Source of the DNA: Octopus vulgaris
Taxonomy: Eukaryota
Reading direction: 5' to 3'
Assembly (NCBI GenBank): GCA_951406725.2
Contig: OX597830.1
Coordinates: 8,928,001 to 8,992,000 of the forward strand
DNA length: 64,000 bases
The notes below the pieces were generated by a model. It had not been told where the DNA came from, did not search any database, and was given only the letters and a program-made list of their open reading frames with translations. Shown here in pieces: positions 25,501 to 35,740 of the stretch (within the stretch, counting starts at the first letter, position 1; every line of letters begins with the position of its first letter). The position numbers and the translations under genes are program-made.

Positions 25501-28111
25501 TCTGCTGGCCTCGTTATCATTATTTTTTTAAAGATAATGATAAACTTATTTGAATTTTGAATAAATACATATGTATATCTATTATATAAAATCCGTTCTG
25601 TCTGTCTGTGTGTGTCTTCTAGGATCTTGGGCATCCTCCATCCGATTGCGCTCAAATTTGATATGTAGATACTGACGGTATCAGGGCATGTATAAGTCTT
25701 GAAAAAATTACAAAAAATCGATTTCAGGTGAGAATGCGATCGATAAAGCTGTGGGAATGTGCATTTGCATGTGCAAATACATCAGTCGAAATTCGTCTTT
25801 TATTGGTGTCTCAAATTTAGGTTAAATCAGTGTTTTTCAAAGGGGTGGCCTATGGGATGGTCGGACAAGTTGTTTTGAGAAAATTTGGTTTAAATGTTTG
25901 ACAACTCAGCACCATCTATTGGACGGGGGGGGGCGTTTTGCTCGTAATATATATATATATATTTATACACATATATAAACATACATATATATGTATATGA
26001 GATCTTATCTCACCAGTTTTTAACATGTTCTTACATGTACACTACACCAACAGCACACATGCACACACTCACACAACCATCAATGTAGTTACTGCTACAC
26101 ATACACACATATCTGAGTGTGTGTGTATTCACTTTGATATACAACTTACCTTGTTATTTCTTCTCGTAATTTGCAAGGATCTGCTGCATAGAACTTCACC
26201 ACAAAATACAGTGTGAAGGATGTGGACCCTAAAATTGGAAATAAAAGGGGATTTAAAATCTTTTATTTTATGGGACCACAAAGTACATTGTGAAGGATAT
26301 GGGACCTATAATCAGAAATATAGGGGACTAACATTTCTTAAAGAATAATAAAGGACAATGTGAAGGATGTGGATGCTATAATTAAAAATTAGGGGTCTGA
26401 AACATAAAGGACCTCAAAGTAGAACATGAAAGCTGTGGACCCTATAATTCGAAATAAAGGGCTTTAAAACAAAGGGTCAAAATGGTGACAATGATGACTA
26501 TGGTAATGATGATGATGAATGAATGAATGAATGAACGAAAGAGTAAGTTGAAAACAGAAACTATGTCTTACCTTTTAATTGAGAAGAAATAGTCTTATTG
26601 GAATCCAGCCAATGCTGCAGAAATAGAAGAAAAAGACTAAAATTAGCATTGAAAGTGGATTAAAGAATAAAGATTTAAAATAAGAAATTTGGTAAAATTA
26701 CTATTTTTAAATTTCACAACGAGAGATATTCAGCAACAGTACTTTGGAGTAAAGATTGTTTGCCAACACAACATGGCAGTCCTGGTTTAGGACGAATACA
26801 CAGATAATGTTTTGAGCTGAGTTGGGGTGCTAGATTCCCTTGTTTGAAAATATAAGGACACAGATGGTGTCATATAGCCAGCTGGAGATGATGTCTCCTG
26901 GGGCTAAATTACAGCAACATTCATCCTAAACCAGGACTGCCATGTTATGTTGGCAAACAATCTTTACTACAAAGTACTGTTGCTGAATATCTCACATTGT
27001 GAGATTTTAAAATAGTAATTTTCTAATTTATAAATCAGTGACTAGTCGTCACTTTGAAAACTATATATTTCGAACGGGAATTTGGCAGCGCCACCTCTAG
27101 CCCAAACAATTATTCTGTGCTGATGAAGGGAAATAACCCAGTCTATTAAGCTGTAAGAAGGTACCACAAGATGTAGTAAGTAGCAGCAAAGGAGAGGTGG
27201 GTGTGGGTCATGATGGATTTGGGTAACATAAACAAACAGGGCTTCCCCCCACCCCCCCCCACCATTACTTGAAGTAATGTCACTGCCATCAACACCAGCA
27301 TCTCTCCCACCCCCACCGTTACCATCATTACAGTCAATACCACTTCTGCTACAAAGTTAAAAAAGGGAAAAGGAAAGAAGGAAGGTAAGAAGTTCAATTC
27401 TTGGTCATCAGCAAAGGTATTGCCATTTCGGTCAAAATCTTCGAGGTTAGAGGCTTCTTGCTTTGTCTCAGGGCTCTTGAGATCATCTACTCTGATGATG
27501 ATGATCATCATCATCGTTTAACGTCCGCTTTCCATGCTAGCATGGGTTGGACGATTTTGACTGAGGGCTGGCGAACCAGATGGCTGCACCAGGCTTCAAT
27601 CTTGATTTTGCAGAGTTTCTACAGCTGGATGTCCTTCTGTGCCACCGGCACAGGGGCCAGTCAGGTGGTACTGGCAATGACCGCACTCGAATCTTTTTAC
27701 AAATGCCACCGGCACAGGTGCCAGTAAGGCGATGTTGGTGATGATGATGATGATGATGATGATGATAATGATGATGATGGTGGTGGTAAAGATAGTGGTG
27801 ACGATGACAACAAAAATGGTGATGATAATGATGATGGTGATAATGGTGATGATGATGGGTGGTTATGATAATGTTGATGGCGATGATGATGACGAGAACA
27901 TAGATGATGATGATGATGGTCAAGATGGTGATAATGACAATGGCAACAACAAAGTTGATGATGAGAATGATGATGATGATTAAAGATGGAGCTGTTAAAT
28001 AGTTACCGATTGGTTATTCTGATCCAGGAATCTCAAACCAAAGTAGTCCCTTTCTAATAGATTGACATGGTCAAAGACTTTCCTCAGCAGACAATTGGCC
28101 CTGGCTGATGG
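803..28111 (-). CDS. EPB41L4A: Band 4.1-like protein 4A (FERM domain protein), partial spliced gene with 16 exons identified
   Basis: Manually spliced exons with GT-AG boundaries and matching phases read [93 protein letters not shown]...-ELGDY...[27 protein letters not shown]...YFW-PRITKV...[21 protein letters not shown]...[21 protein letters not shown]...[10 protein letters not shown]...LQKRRR. The DPCKL, YFWPRITK and PWE..GLY motifs match human EPB41L4A as recalled from memory, not from a search. Confidence 0.9.
943..1162 (+). mobile_element. Mariner-derived MITE or deletion derivative
   Basis: TIRs AGGGGGTGCTGAAAAGTGCCTGGCTTT / AAAGCCAGGAACTTTTCAGCACCCCCT; the interior resembles a decayed mariner transposase C-terminus. 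Confidence 0.75.
1970..2062 (-). ncRNA. Type I hammerhead ribozyme with intact core
   Basis: Minus strand reads TTTCTG-CTGATGA-G..GCAAT..[TAAATAAATT/AATTTATTTA]..ATTGC-C-GAAA-CTATGCATAG-TC-CAGAAA. Helix I is 6 bp, the CUGAUGA/GAAA core and GUC triplet are canonical, and helix III is palindromic. Confidence 0.8.
3927..4043 (-). CDS. EPB41L4A: EPB41L4A exon: [38 protein letters not shown](D)
   Basis: ctccag|G...AGA|gtaagt, 117 nt, phase 2-2. Confidence 0.85.
6717..6782 (-). CDS. EPB41L4A: EPB41L4A exon: [21 protein letters not shown](R)
   Basis: cttcag|G...CAG|gtagag, 66 nt, phase 2-2, open frame. Confidence 0.82.
6976..7177. mobile_element. piggyBac-type MITE
   Basis: CCCTTTTGTTAC...GTAACAAAAGGG termini, TTAA on the right and TTTA on the left; same family as 38875-39096. 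Confidence 0.7.
8316..8432 (-). CDS. EPB41L4A: EPB41L4A exon: [38 protein letters not shown](R)
   Basis: atgcag|G...ACG|gtaaat, 117 nt, phase 2-2; GLY.S and GSD motifs. Confidence 0.88.
8820..9204 (+). mobile_element. Mariner (DD34D) transposase 3' fragment, pseudogenised
   Basis: ..[36 protein letters not shown] corresponds to the HDNARPH and YSPDLAPSD motifs. Confidence 0.85.
9312..9398 (-). CDS. EPB41L4A: EPB41L4A exon: [28 protein letters not shown](G)
   Basis: ttccag|G...TGG|gtaagt, 87 nt, phase 2-2; PWE motif. Confidence 0.88.
9660..10118 (+). mobile_element. RTE-derived modular SINE family B. Other copies: 50-298, 355-642, 2388-2700, 2810-3160, 5003-5430, 29053-29320(-), 33686-35106, 46219-46594, 49372-49600(-).
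   Basis: Variable number of 5' modules GGTGGCACRTAAAAAGCACC, an RTE 5'UTR-like GGTTGGCGTTAGGAAGGGCATCC, and a 3' CCAACCCATGCTAGCATGGAAA..CGTTAAA(TGA)n tail. Confidence 0.85.
10867..10936 (-). CDS. EPB41L4A: EPB41L4A exon: (V)[22 protein letters not shown](M)
   Basis: Strong polypyrimidine tract, ttccag|TT...AAT|gtacgt, 70 nt, phase 1-2; needed to restore the frame between its neighbours. Confidence 0.8.
11781..11896 (-). CDS. EPB41L4A: EPB41L4A exon (FERM-adjacent): (S)[38 protein letters not shown]
   Basis: gtgcag|T...AGTG|gtaagt, 116 nt, phase 2-1; SGRT motif of the FA domain. Confidence 0.9.
13131..13222 (-). CDS. EPB41L4A: EPB41L4A exon: [30 protein letters not shown](R/S)
   Basis: tttcag|TGT...TTAG|gtaagc, 92 nt; CKHLW.C.VEHH.FF marks the end of FERM-C. 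Confidence 0.95.
14215..14725. repeat. Degenerate AT-rich minisatellite, unit about 55-65 bp
   Basis: Recurrent ATGATATT..AAAATATATTATAAGATGGGTCATATCTTTCATCTT. Confidence 0.75.
15402..15465 (-). CDS. EPB41L4A: EPB41L4A exon: [21 protein letters not shown]
   Basis: ttccag|G...AAT|gtaagt, 64 nt, phase 2-0. Confidence 0.93.
16615..16703 (-). CDS. EPB41L4A: EPB41L4A exon (FERM-C): [29 protein letters not shown](W)
   Basis: tggcag|GGT...TG|gtgagt, 89 nt, phase 0-2. Confidence 0.94.
17416..17503 (-). CDS. EPB41L4A: EPB41L4A exon: [29 protein letters not shown]
   Basis: ttacag|G...AAG|gtaagg, 88 nt, phase 2-0; LEMYGVDLH motif. Confidence 0.95.
18016..18357. repeat. Two adjacent fold-back palindromes (18016-18178 and 18245-18357)
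   Basis: Reverse-complementary arms are visible; the right arm and tail of the second recur at about 16745-16830. Confidence 0.8.
18612..18661 (+). ncRNA. Type I hammerhead ribozyme motif with degenerate helix III
   Basis: GAGTCA-CTGATGA-GGATT(aatca)AATCC-GAAAC(caattat)GATC-TGGCTC. Confidence 0.65.
19921..20041 (-). CDS. EPB41L4A: EPB41L4A exon: [39 protein letters not shown](V)
   Basis: ttccag|CT...TTGT|gtaagt, 121 nt, phase 1-2; ELGDY motif. Confidence 0.94.
22551..22648 (-). CDS. EPB41L4A: EPB41L4A exon (FERM-M): [32 protein letters not shown](S)
   Basis: ctgcag|A...CAGT|gtaagt, 98 nt, phase 2-1. Confidence 0.94.
23200..23550. mobile_element. Decayed pogo/Tigger-like MITE
   Basis: Imperfect TIRs AGTAGAACCTCACAGTATGAGT / ATTCGTACTGCAAGGTATCATT in a TA context. 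Confidence 0.45.
24040..24535 (+). mobile_element. Tc1/mariner-superfamily (maT/DD37D-like) transposase N-terminal fragment, pseudogenised
   Basis: Broken frames read [16 protein letters not shown]..; [23 protein letters not shown]; FTDEK.FDQ (first catalytic D); contains stops and frameshifts. Confidence 0.7.
25578..25944 (+). mobile_element. Non-autonomous Helitron-like element
   Basis: 5' TCTATTATATAAAA, (CTGT)n near the 5' end, 3' end CTCG|T (a variant of CTAG), A|T insertion site. Confidence 0.5.
26150..26228 (-). CDS. EPB41L4A: EPB41L4A exon: [27 protein letters not shown]
   Basis: ttttag|GG...AAG|gtaagt, 79 nt, phase 1-2. Confidence 0.94.
26195..26475. repeat. Four degenerate ~70-bp tandem copies spanning a splice acceptor
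   Basis: TGAAGGATGTGGACCCTA(A/T)AATT..AAATA..GGGG-like unit repeated at about 26214, 26291, 26361 and 26426. Confidence 0.8.
26572..26614 (-). CDS. EPB41L4A: EPB41L4A exon: [14 protein letters not shown](G)
   Basis: ctgcag|CAT...AAAG|gtaaga, 43 nt; FERM WLD..K.I..QLK motif. Confidence 0.92.
26694..27022. repeat. Fold-back inverted repeat, arms about 105 bp
   Basis: 26694-26799 is the reverse complement of 26921-27022 with few mismatches. Confidence 0.9.
28007..28111 (-). CDS. EPB41L4A: EPB41L4A exon (FERM-N): [35 protein letters not shown]
   Basis: ttccag|CCA...TCG|gtaact, 105 nt, phase 0-0; contains the FERM motif L.E.DYFGL.F. Confidence 0.93.
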
Positions 28112-28232
28112 CTGGAATAGAAACAGGAATCTGTTAGCTTACAATTTAACTGGACAATGGATGAGAAGAGCATTCAATTACCGTTTGTGACTTTGGAACT
28201 ATTTTCATTGTAAAAAGAAAATTTAAACATCA

Positions 28233-28510
28233 CGTGCTCTTAACCACTACACCATATGGCATAGTGGTTAAGAGCACGGGCTACTAACTCCAAGATTCTG
28301 AGTTTGATTCCAAGCAGTGACCTGAACTATAATAATAATAATAACAACATCAAAAAATATCTTAGGAATGAGAATCCAGGTTTGAAATTTCCCCAAGACA
28401 CCTGATGAAGGCTGGAGGATATATCAGCCGAAACGTTGTGTTAACAACAAACAAGATAAGGACAAATATCCATCGAATGTAAATAATTCCTCATCTCTTA
28501 AATATAGAAC
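28233..28510 (+). mobile_element. tRNA-headed SINE carrying a hammerhead motif, with a 5' inverted duplication
   Basis: A-box-like TGGCATAGTGG and B-box-like GAGTTTGATTCC, an (AAT)n linker, then the hammerhead at 28397-28442; 28233-28249 is the exact reverse complement of 28262-28278. Confidence 0.65.
28397..28442 (+). ncRNA. Minimal type I hammerhead motif (PLE-type, palindromic helix III)
   Basis: GACAC-CTGATGA-A-GGCTG..CAGCC-GAAAC-GTT-GTGTT; helix III AACGTT is self-complementary. Confidence 0.7.
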
Positions 28511-28784
28511 TATACACATATTTATTTGTATATATGTGTATAATATATATATATATATATATATAAAGTTAATCCAAACAAGAAAACACAAAAAAAACAC
28601 AACAACGCGAGGACGTGAAACAAATATAGTATTATTGGACGCTCAAGAAAAAAGGAAAGAAGGAGGATTTAACATTTCGAGCGGAGCTCTTCGTTGGAAA
28701 CATAGGAGAAGGAAAGATCCAGAGGAAAAAAAATCGCCAACGGTACACACGAGGTCACATTTTATATATATATATATATATATG

Positions 28785-29051
28785 TACACAAAAATTCTAT
28801 AATTATGAGCATACTTATAATTAGAGTTCAGCAAAATTTGCCGCACCACATACCGAAATTTAGAAACAGCAGTTAAAATACAATTCTACTACCATTAGAT
28901 ATCTCCTAGACAGCAATACTACATGAGTTACTAAGTATTGCTGTCTGGGAGATATAGTATTTTAACTGCTATTTCTAAATTTCAGTATGTGGTGAGACAA
29001 ATTTTGCTGAACCTTAATTATAATTATGCTCATAATTATAGAATTTTGTAT
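28785..29051. repeat. Fold-back inverted repeat, arms about 97 bp
   Basis: CAAAATTCTATAATTATGAGCATA.. / ..TATGCTCATAATTATAGAATTTTG. Confidence 0.9.
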
Positions 29052-29337
29052 ATCATCATCATCATCATCATCGTTTAGTGTCTGCTTTCCATGCTAGCAT
29101 GGGTTGGACAGTTAAACTGGGGTCTGGGAAGCCAGAAGGCTGCACCAGGCCCAGTCTGATCTGGCAATGTTTCTACGGCTGGATGCCCTTCCTAATGCCA
29201 ACCACTCCATGAGTGTAGTGGGTGCTTTTTACGTGCCAGACGAGGCTGGCAAACGGCCACGATCAGATGGTGCTTTTTACGTGCCACCCGATCGTGGCCG
29301 ATTTCGTCTGGCACCTGTGCATATATATATATATATA

Positions 29338-29715
29338 CACTACCGTCAGAAATTAATTAGCACCCTTTGATTTGCTCTTCACTCAAGGTATGTGCTGTCA
29401 CCTAGTGGCCATATCTCGAACTATTGCTTTGTTGCGAGTTCACTGTTGCGCAGAACGATGACGTAACTTTGTTTGCAGAGCAGTTTGAGAGTCTACAGCC
29501 TTATGATGTTGACATAGCAGTGCAACAACTTGGAGTGCGGATGCAGACAAATCTTCCTTTGTTTAATAGATATAGGTAGCGCCTCGCAAGGACCGAAATC
29601 ACACCATACTAAGTTTTCTCATCGCGTAAGACGTTTTGAACAGCTCATAGGTTAATTGATTTAACCTATTTAATGTAGAAATTTGAGAAGTGCTAATTAA
29701 TTTCTGACGCAAGTG
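29338..29715. mobile_element. Tc1-like MITE
   Basis: 26-bp TIRs CACTACCGTCAGAAATTAATTAGCAC / GTGCTAATTAATTTCTGACGCAAGTG, flanked by TA. Confidence 0.75.
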
Positions 29716-30158
29716 TATATATATAGGCACAGAAGTGGTTGTATGGTATATAAGTGCAGGAGAGGGTGTGTGGTAAGAAGCCTGCCACATGGTTCTGGCT
29801 TCAGTCCCACTGCGTGGTACCTTAGGCAAGTGTCTTCTTCTATAGCCTTGGGCTGACCAAAGCCTTGTGAGTGGATTTCGTAGACAGAAACTGAAATAAG
29901 CCAATCTTATGCATAAGTACAAATATATATATATGTATGCATTTGTGTGTCTGTGTCCCCCCTACCATCGCTTGACAACCGATGCTGGTGTGTTCACGTC
30001 CCCGTAACTTAGCAGTTCAATAAAAGAGTTCGATAGAATAAGTAATAGGCTTACTAAGTCCTGGGGTTGATTTGTTCGACTAAAGATGTTGCTCCAGCAT
30101 GGCCGCAGCCAAATGACTGAAACAAGCAAAATACACACACATGCAAATATATGTGTGC

Positions 30159-30193
<35 letters not shown>

Positions 30194-31074
30194 CTTTACT
30201 ACCCACAAGGGACTAAACACAGAGGAGACAAACAAGGACAGACAAACGGATTAAGTCGATTACATCGACCCCAGCGCGTAACTGGTACTTAATTTATCGA
30301 CCCCGGAAGGATGAAAGGCAAAGTCGACCTCAGCGGAATTTGAACTCGGAACATAACGGCAGACGAAATACGGCAACGCATTTTGCCCGGCGTGCTAACG
30401 TTTCTGCCAGCTCGCCGCCTTCATTTATATATTTATATATGCAGGAAGGGCATCTAGCCGTACAAACCAGCTCCTGTCTTACCATCCAACCCATGCTAGC
30501 ATGGAAAACGGATGTTAAACAATGATGATGATGATAAATATATATATATATATATTCTTGTAATCTGTTTTTCCGTTGTTTGAAAAAAGTCCATTTCCAT
30601 ATTTTTGTTTTTATGTTTTCGTTTCTCATTGTGTTCTACGTTTTTTTGGTGTCCTGTACCCATATATGCATGTATATATACATATAGATGTAGGTATGTA
30701 CATATATGTATGTATATATGCATATGTTTTATTTATTATTTTGTTATATATATATATATATATACACATACATACATGCACACATGTATGTGTGTGTGTG
30801 GTAGATATATATGACAGCTAGTCTATCATATATATAGTTAAAAACACAATTATATAGGCACATACACATACTTACAAAATGGCACAAGCACACACTACTT
30901 AATATTCACTACAGTGTATACATACATATACATACATACACACACAACTGTATACACACACAAAGTCAAATTAATCTGTTTACAGAAAGCTCTTGCCAAT
31001 TCTAAATGCAACATCTTGAAGTATTTATGTGTTTGTGGGTGTATATATGTTTGCCTGGGTGTGCATGTATGTAT

Positions 31075-31123
<49 letters not shown>

Positions 31124-31949
31124 AGCACACACACATGCACTCAAACACATGACACACACTCACACACATGATTCAGTGTATGTATGTAGCTAATTGTTTA
31201 TGTACTTGTAAGACTATATGTATAATATACAGGTAATTATATATGTGCATGTGTGTACACATAAATGCATATATATATATGTGTGTGTGTGTGTATATAT
31301 GTATATATATGTATATATATATATGTGTATATATATATGTATGTATGTGTATATATATGTGTGTGTGTGTATATATATGTGTGTGTGTGTATATATGTAT
31401 ATATATATATATATGTATATATATATGCATATATATGTATATATATGTATATATATGTGTATATATATGTGTACATATGAATGTATATATATATATCTGT
31501 ATATATATATATGTGTGTGTATATATATGTATATGCAGGTGAAGACAAGGCAGGCATCAACAAATATTTAAAACCCATTTAAGATGCCATTAACAAGACA
31601 GTAAAACTGGTCCCTACCCATGAGAGAAGGGGTCTGTTTAGGAGACGGAGGAAGGGCAGTTATGAGGTGGGTGGTGGAGTATGTCTGATGTGGGGTGCTG
31701 AGCATGCTCATTGCATAGTATACATGGTATAGCACATAGTACGAGGTGGTGTACGGTTTATGTGGTGTAGTGTGTGCTTTGTTAGTGCTGTTATTGTTTA
31801 ACCCTAGGACTTACCTAATCCTTGTGACCTGTGATCATTAGTATTCCAGCCACGACTATCCTGTCTTATTTTTGGTCATAGTATATTTTGGACTGCATTA
31901 TCATATGTGCTGTTTCCTGTTTAAGAAGGGTGTAATTTAAGGGGTATAT

Positions 31950-32273
31950 ACATATACAAGCACACACATATATATACATATATATTTATACACACACACT
32001 CACACACACACACACACATATATATACACACACACACATATATATACATATATATATGTATACACATATATATACACACATGTACATATATATATGTATA
32101 CACATATATACACACACATACATAGGTATACACATATATACACACACATACATATATATATATGTATACACATATATACACACACATATATATGTATACA
32201 CATATATACACACACACATATATATGTATACACATATATACACACACATATACATATATATGTATATACATAT

Positions 32274-32314
<41 letters not shown>

Positions 32315-32607
32315 TATGTATATACATATATACACACACACACACATATATATGTATATACATATACACACACACATATACATGTATATACATATACACA
32401 CACACATATATATATGTATATACATATACACACACACATATATATATGTATATACATATATACACACACACACATATACATATATAGATGTATATACATA
32501 TATAGACACACACACATATACATATATAGATGTATATACATATATACACACACACATACATATATATATATGTATATACATATATACACACACACAAATA
32601 TACACTG

Positions 32608-32640
<33 letters not shown>
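31950..32640. repeat. Compound (CA/TA)n microsatellite field; similar fields at 31215-31535, 40320-40765 and 42700-43330
   Basis: Pure dinucleotide-derived sequence; source of the YI/CV/TH pseudo-ORFs. Confidence 0.97.
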
Positions 32641-32644
<4 letters not shown>

Positions 32645-33705
32645 ACCACATATATATGAGTGTGTACATGCACCTTTTACCTCTCGTTTGCACAATGTCT
32701 TCACAGTCTTGATAAATTACAAAAAAAAAAAAATACAATCAAAAACCAAAAATAAAATATCCCCTCCCCTTAAGAGAAAAACAAAAAAAAAACAAAAAAC
32801 ACTAACAACAACAGACAAATACAAAACAAATGTTTTTACCAAATGAGGCATAAACTGAAATTGAAGGAAATCCCCCCCCCCCCTCTCTGGGGGTAATTCA
32901 CAGATGTTGATAGCTGCCAACACAATGTGGACCAAAATGTATACAAAAGACCCAGTCTTTGGTGAGAAGATTATAGTAACATCAGCATATGGTTGTCAGT
33001 TGAGCGCCAGATAAAATACCTTCTGGCATTTATTCTGACTTCCTGAGCTCTAAGTTCAAATCCTGCTGTGGTTGACTTTGCCTCCCAGGGCCAATAAATA
33101 AGCTACCAGTCTTAATACTTGGGTCTGATTTTGTCTTATTCTTTCTCTCTCTCTCTCTCTTGCCTCCTCATTCAGTGAGTGTGAGTGTGTGTGTGAGTGT
33201 CACTCTCTCTTGAACTACTGCTGTCTGTCTTCCTCTTTTTTTCTTTTTGTCCGTCTCTCTCTCCTTCCCTCACTTCCTGCCATATCCCCCACCTCTCTCT
33301 TCCTGGAGGAAAGTAGCGGTGGTCAGAACAGGAGAGGGATGGGTCCTGCCAAGTCTAAAAGTACCCAAGACACACCATACGTCACAACAGTGCCCTGTCA
33401 TCAGGTGTCTAGAACCCAAATAGGAGCAGTAACAGTAACATTAGTAATAACAGCAACAACAACAGGAATAAAGCAATGACACCAAAAACAACAACAACAA
33501 CAACAACAAAAGACAATGTCACCATTTTAGAGACAGTGGAACCAAACATACAAGACATGTCTGCTACAAATGAGATGTCCTGATCCATTTCTATATATGA
33601 GAGCATTTAATAAGATAAGGTTTTTCTTTCTCTACACCAAGAAGTGTGGTCAAAATTAAATTATGATTATTATATGATAAAAGTTGTGCCACGTGAAAAG
33701 CATTG

Positions 33706-34450
33706 GGGCTGGTGCCACATAAAAAGAATAGGAGCTGGTGCCACATAAAAAGAATAGGAGCTGGTGCCACGTAAAAAGAATAGGAGCTGGTGCCACGTAA
33801 AAAGAATAGGAGCTGGTGCCACGTAAAAAGAATAGGAGCTGGTGCCACATAAAAAGAATAGGAGCTGGTGCCACATAAAAAGAATAGGAGCTGGTGCCAC
33901 GTAAAAAGAATAGGAGCTGGTGCCACGTAAAAAGAATAGGAGCTGGTGCCACGTAAAAAGAATAGGAGCTGGTGCCACATAAAAAGAATAGGAGCTGGTG
34001 CCACGTAAAAAGAATAGGAGCTGGTGCCACGTAAAAAGAATAGGAGCTGGTGCCACATAAAAAGAATAGGAGCTGGTGCCACGTAAAAGAATAGGAGCTG
34101 GTGCCACATAAAAAGAATAGGAGCTGGTGCCACATAAAAGAATAGGAGCTGGTGCCACATAAAAAGAATAGGAGCTGGTGCCACATAAAAAGAATAGGAG
34201 CTGGTGCCACGTAAAAAGAATAGGAGCTGGTGCCACGTAAAAGAATAGGAGCTGGTGCCACATAAAAAGAATAGGAGCTGGTGCCACATAAAAAGAATAG
34301 GAGCTGGTGCCACGTAAAAAGAATAGGAGCTGGTGCCACGTAAAAAGAATAGGAGCTGGTGCCACGTAAAAAGAATAGGAGCTGGTGCCACGTAAAAAGA
34401 ATAGGAGCTGGTGCCACGTAAAAAGAATAGGAGCTGGTGCCACGTAAAAA
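33706..34450. repeat. 26-bp tandem array (GGAGCTGGTGCCACRTAAAAAGAATA), about 28-29 copies
   Basis: Directly visible. Units differ only at one A/G position and an occasional A4 versus A5 run; there are no spacers. Confidence 0.97.
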
Positions 34451-35695
34451 GCACCTGCGCTGGTTCCATGTAAAAAGTATTGTTGTTGGTGCTACATAAA
34501 AAGCTTTTTATATAAGAAGCATCCAGTATACTCTTATTTCTTTATAGCCCACAAGGGGCTAAACGTAGAGGGGACAAACAAGGAGAGACAAAGAGGTTAA
34601 GTTGATTATATCGCCCCCAGTGCGTAACTGGTACTTAATTTATCGACCCCAAAAGGAATAAAGGCAAAGTCAACCCACGGCAGAATTTGAACTCAGAACC
34701 TAACGGCAGACGAAATACTTGTTTCTTTACTACCCACAAGGGGCTAAACACAGAGAGGACAAACGGATTAAGTCGACTATATCGACCCCAGTGCATAACT
34801 GGTACTTAATTTATCGAACCCAGAAGGATGAAAGGCAAAGTCGATCTCGGCGGAATTTGAACTCAGAACCTAACAGCAGACGAAATACCGCTAAGCATTT
34901 CACCCGGTGTGCTAACATTTCTGCCAGCTCGCTGCCTTACACTCACATCCAGTACACTCTATAAAGTGGTTGGTGCTAGGAAGGGCATCCAGCTGTAGAA
35001 ATCATTCCAAAAGACAACTGGAGCCTGGTTTGGGTCCTGGCCTCACCAGCTCCTGTCAAACTGTCCAACCCATACCAGCATGGAAAACAGATGTTAAATC
35101 ATGATGAGTGTAACTGTGCATATGTCCTCCTGGTGACATACTGTAGTAGTTGTAAACGAGTGTCACTGTCGTACAAGCAGGGTCACTCATTTCCAAATTT
35201 CTGTGAAAACATGTCGGGTGAAATGCTTAGCAGTATTTCATCTGCCGTTATGTTCTGAGTTCAAATTCCACCGAGATCCACTTTGCCTTTAATCCTTTCG
35301 GGGTCTATTGAATAAGTACCAGTTACGCACTGGGGTCGATGAGATCGACTTAATCCCTTTGTCCCCTCTATGTTTAGCCCCTTGTGGGCAATAAAGAAAT
35401 AAGAAAACATGTCTGGTCATGGGGGAAATATTACCTTGCTTGGATACAGGTAAAATTTGGTGACAACAGTAAGGGTTCCACCCACAGAAATCTACCAAAG
35501 TTAACTCCATCAGTCCCACACAAGCATGGAAAAGTGGACGATAAAATAATGATGATGATAATGACTACTTCAGTTGCATATAACAGATTTTTATTCAGCC
35601 AGGCAACTAATTGCAACATCAGTGATTTTTCAATCACTGTTTTCTTATATCAGTGGCAACAGATTTTGTCTTAGTAAACAGTTTCCAGTAAGTAC

Positions 35696-35740
35696 ATGCT
35701 ACTGATGAAGCCCATATAGGCAGAAATGCCCATCTAACAT
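35696..35740 (+). ncRNA. Degenerate hammerhead motif
   Basis: ATGCTA-CTGATGA-A-GCC(catata)GGC-A-GAAA-T..ATC-TAACAT. Confidence 0.45.

Noticed and set aside
27395-27492. Coding-like stretch [31 protein letters not shown] on the minus strand
   Set aside because: It falls between two FERM exons that join directly in frame, has no donor site, and its acceptor comes from a SINE tail
31921-32738. Long ORFs rich in Y/I/C/V/T/H (also 31173-31578, 40436-40836 and 42781-43392)
   Set aside because: Translations of (TA/CA)n microsatellites
33591-34469. Three overlapping 250-290 aa ORFs and a CRISPR-like regular array
   Set aside because: The 26-bp tandem repeat has no stop codon on the minus strand; there are no unique spacers or cas genes, and the context is a eukaryotic SINE
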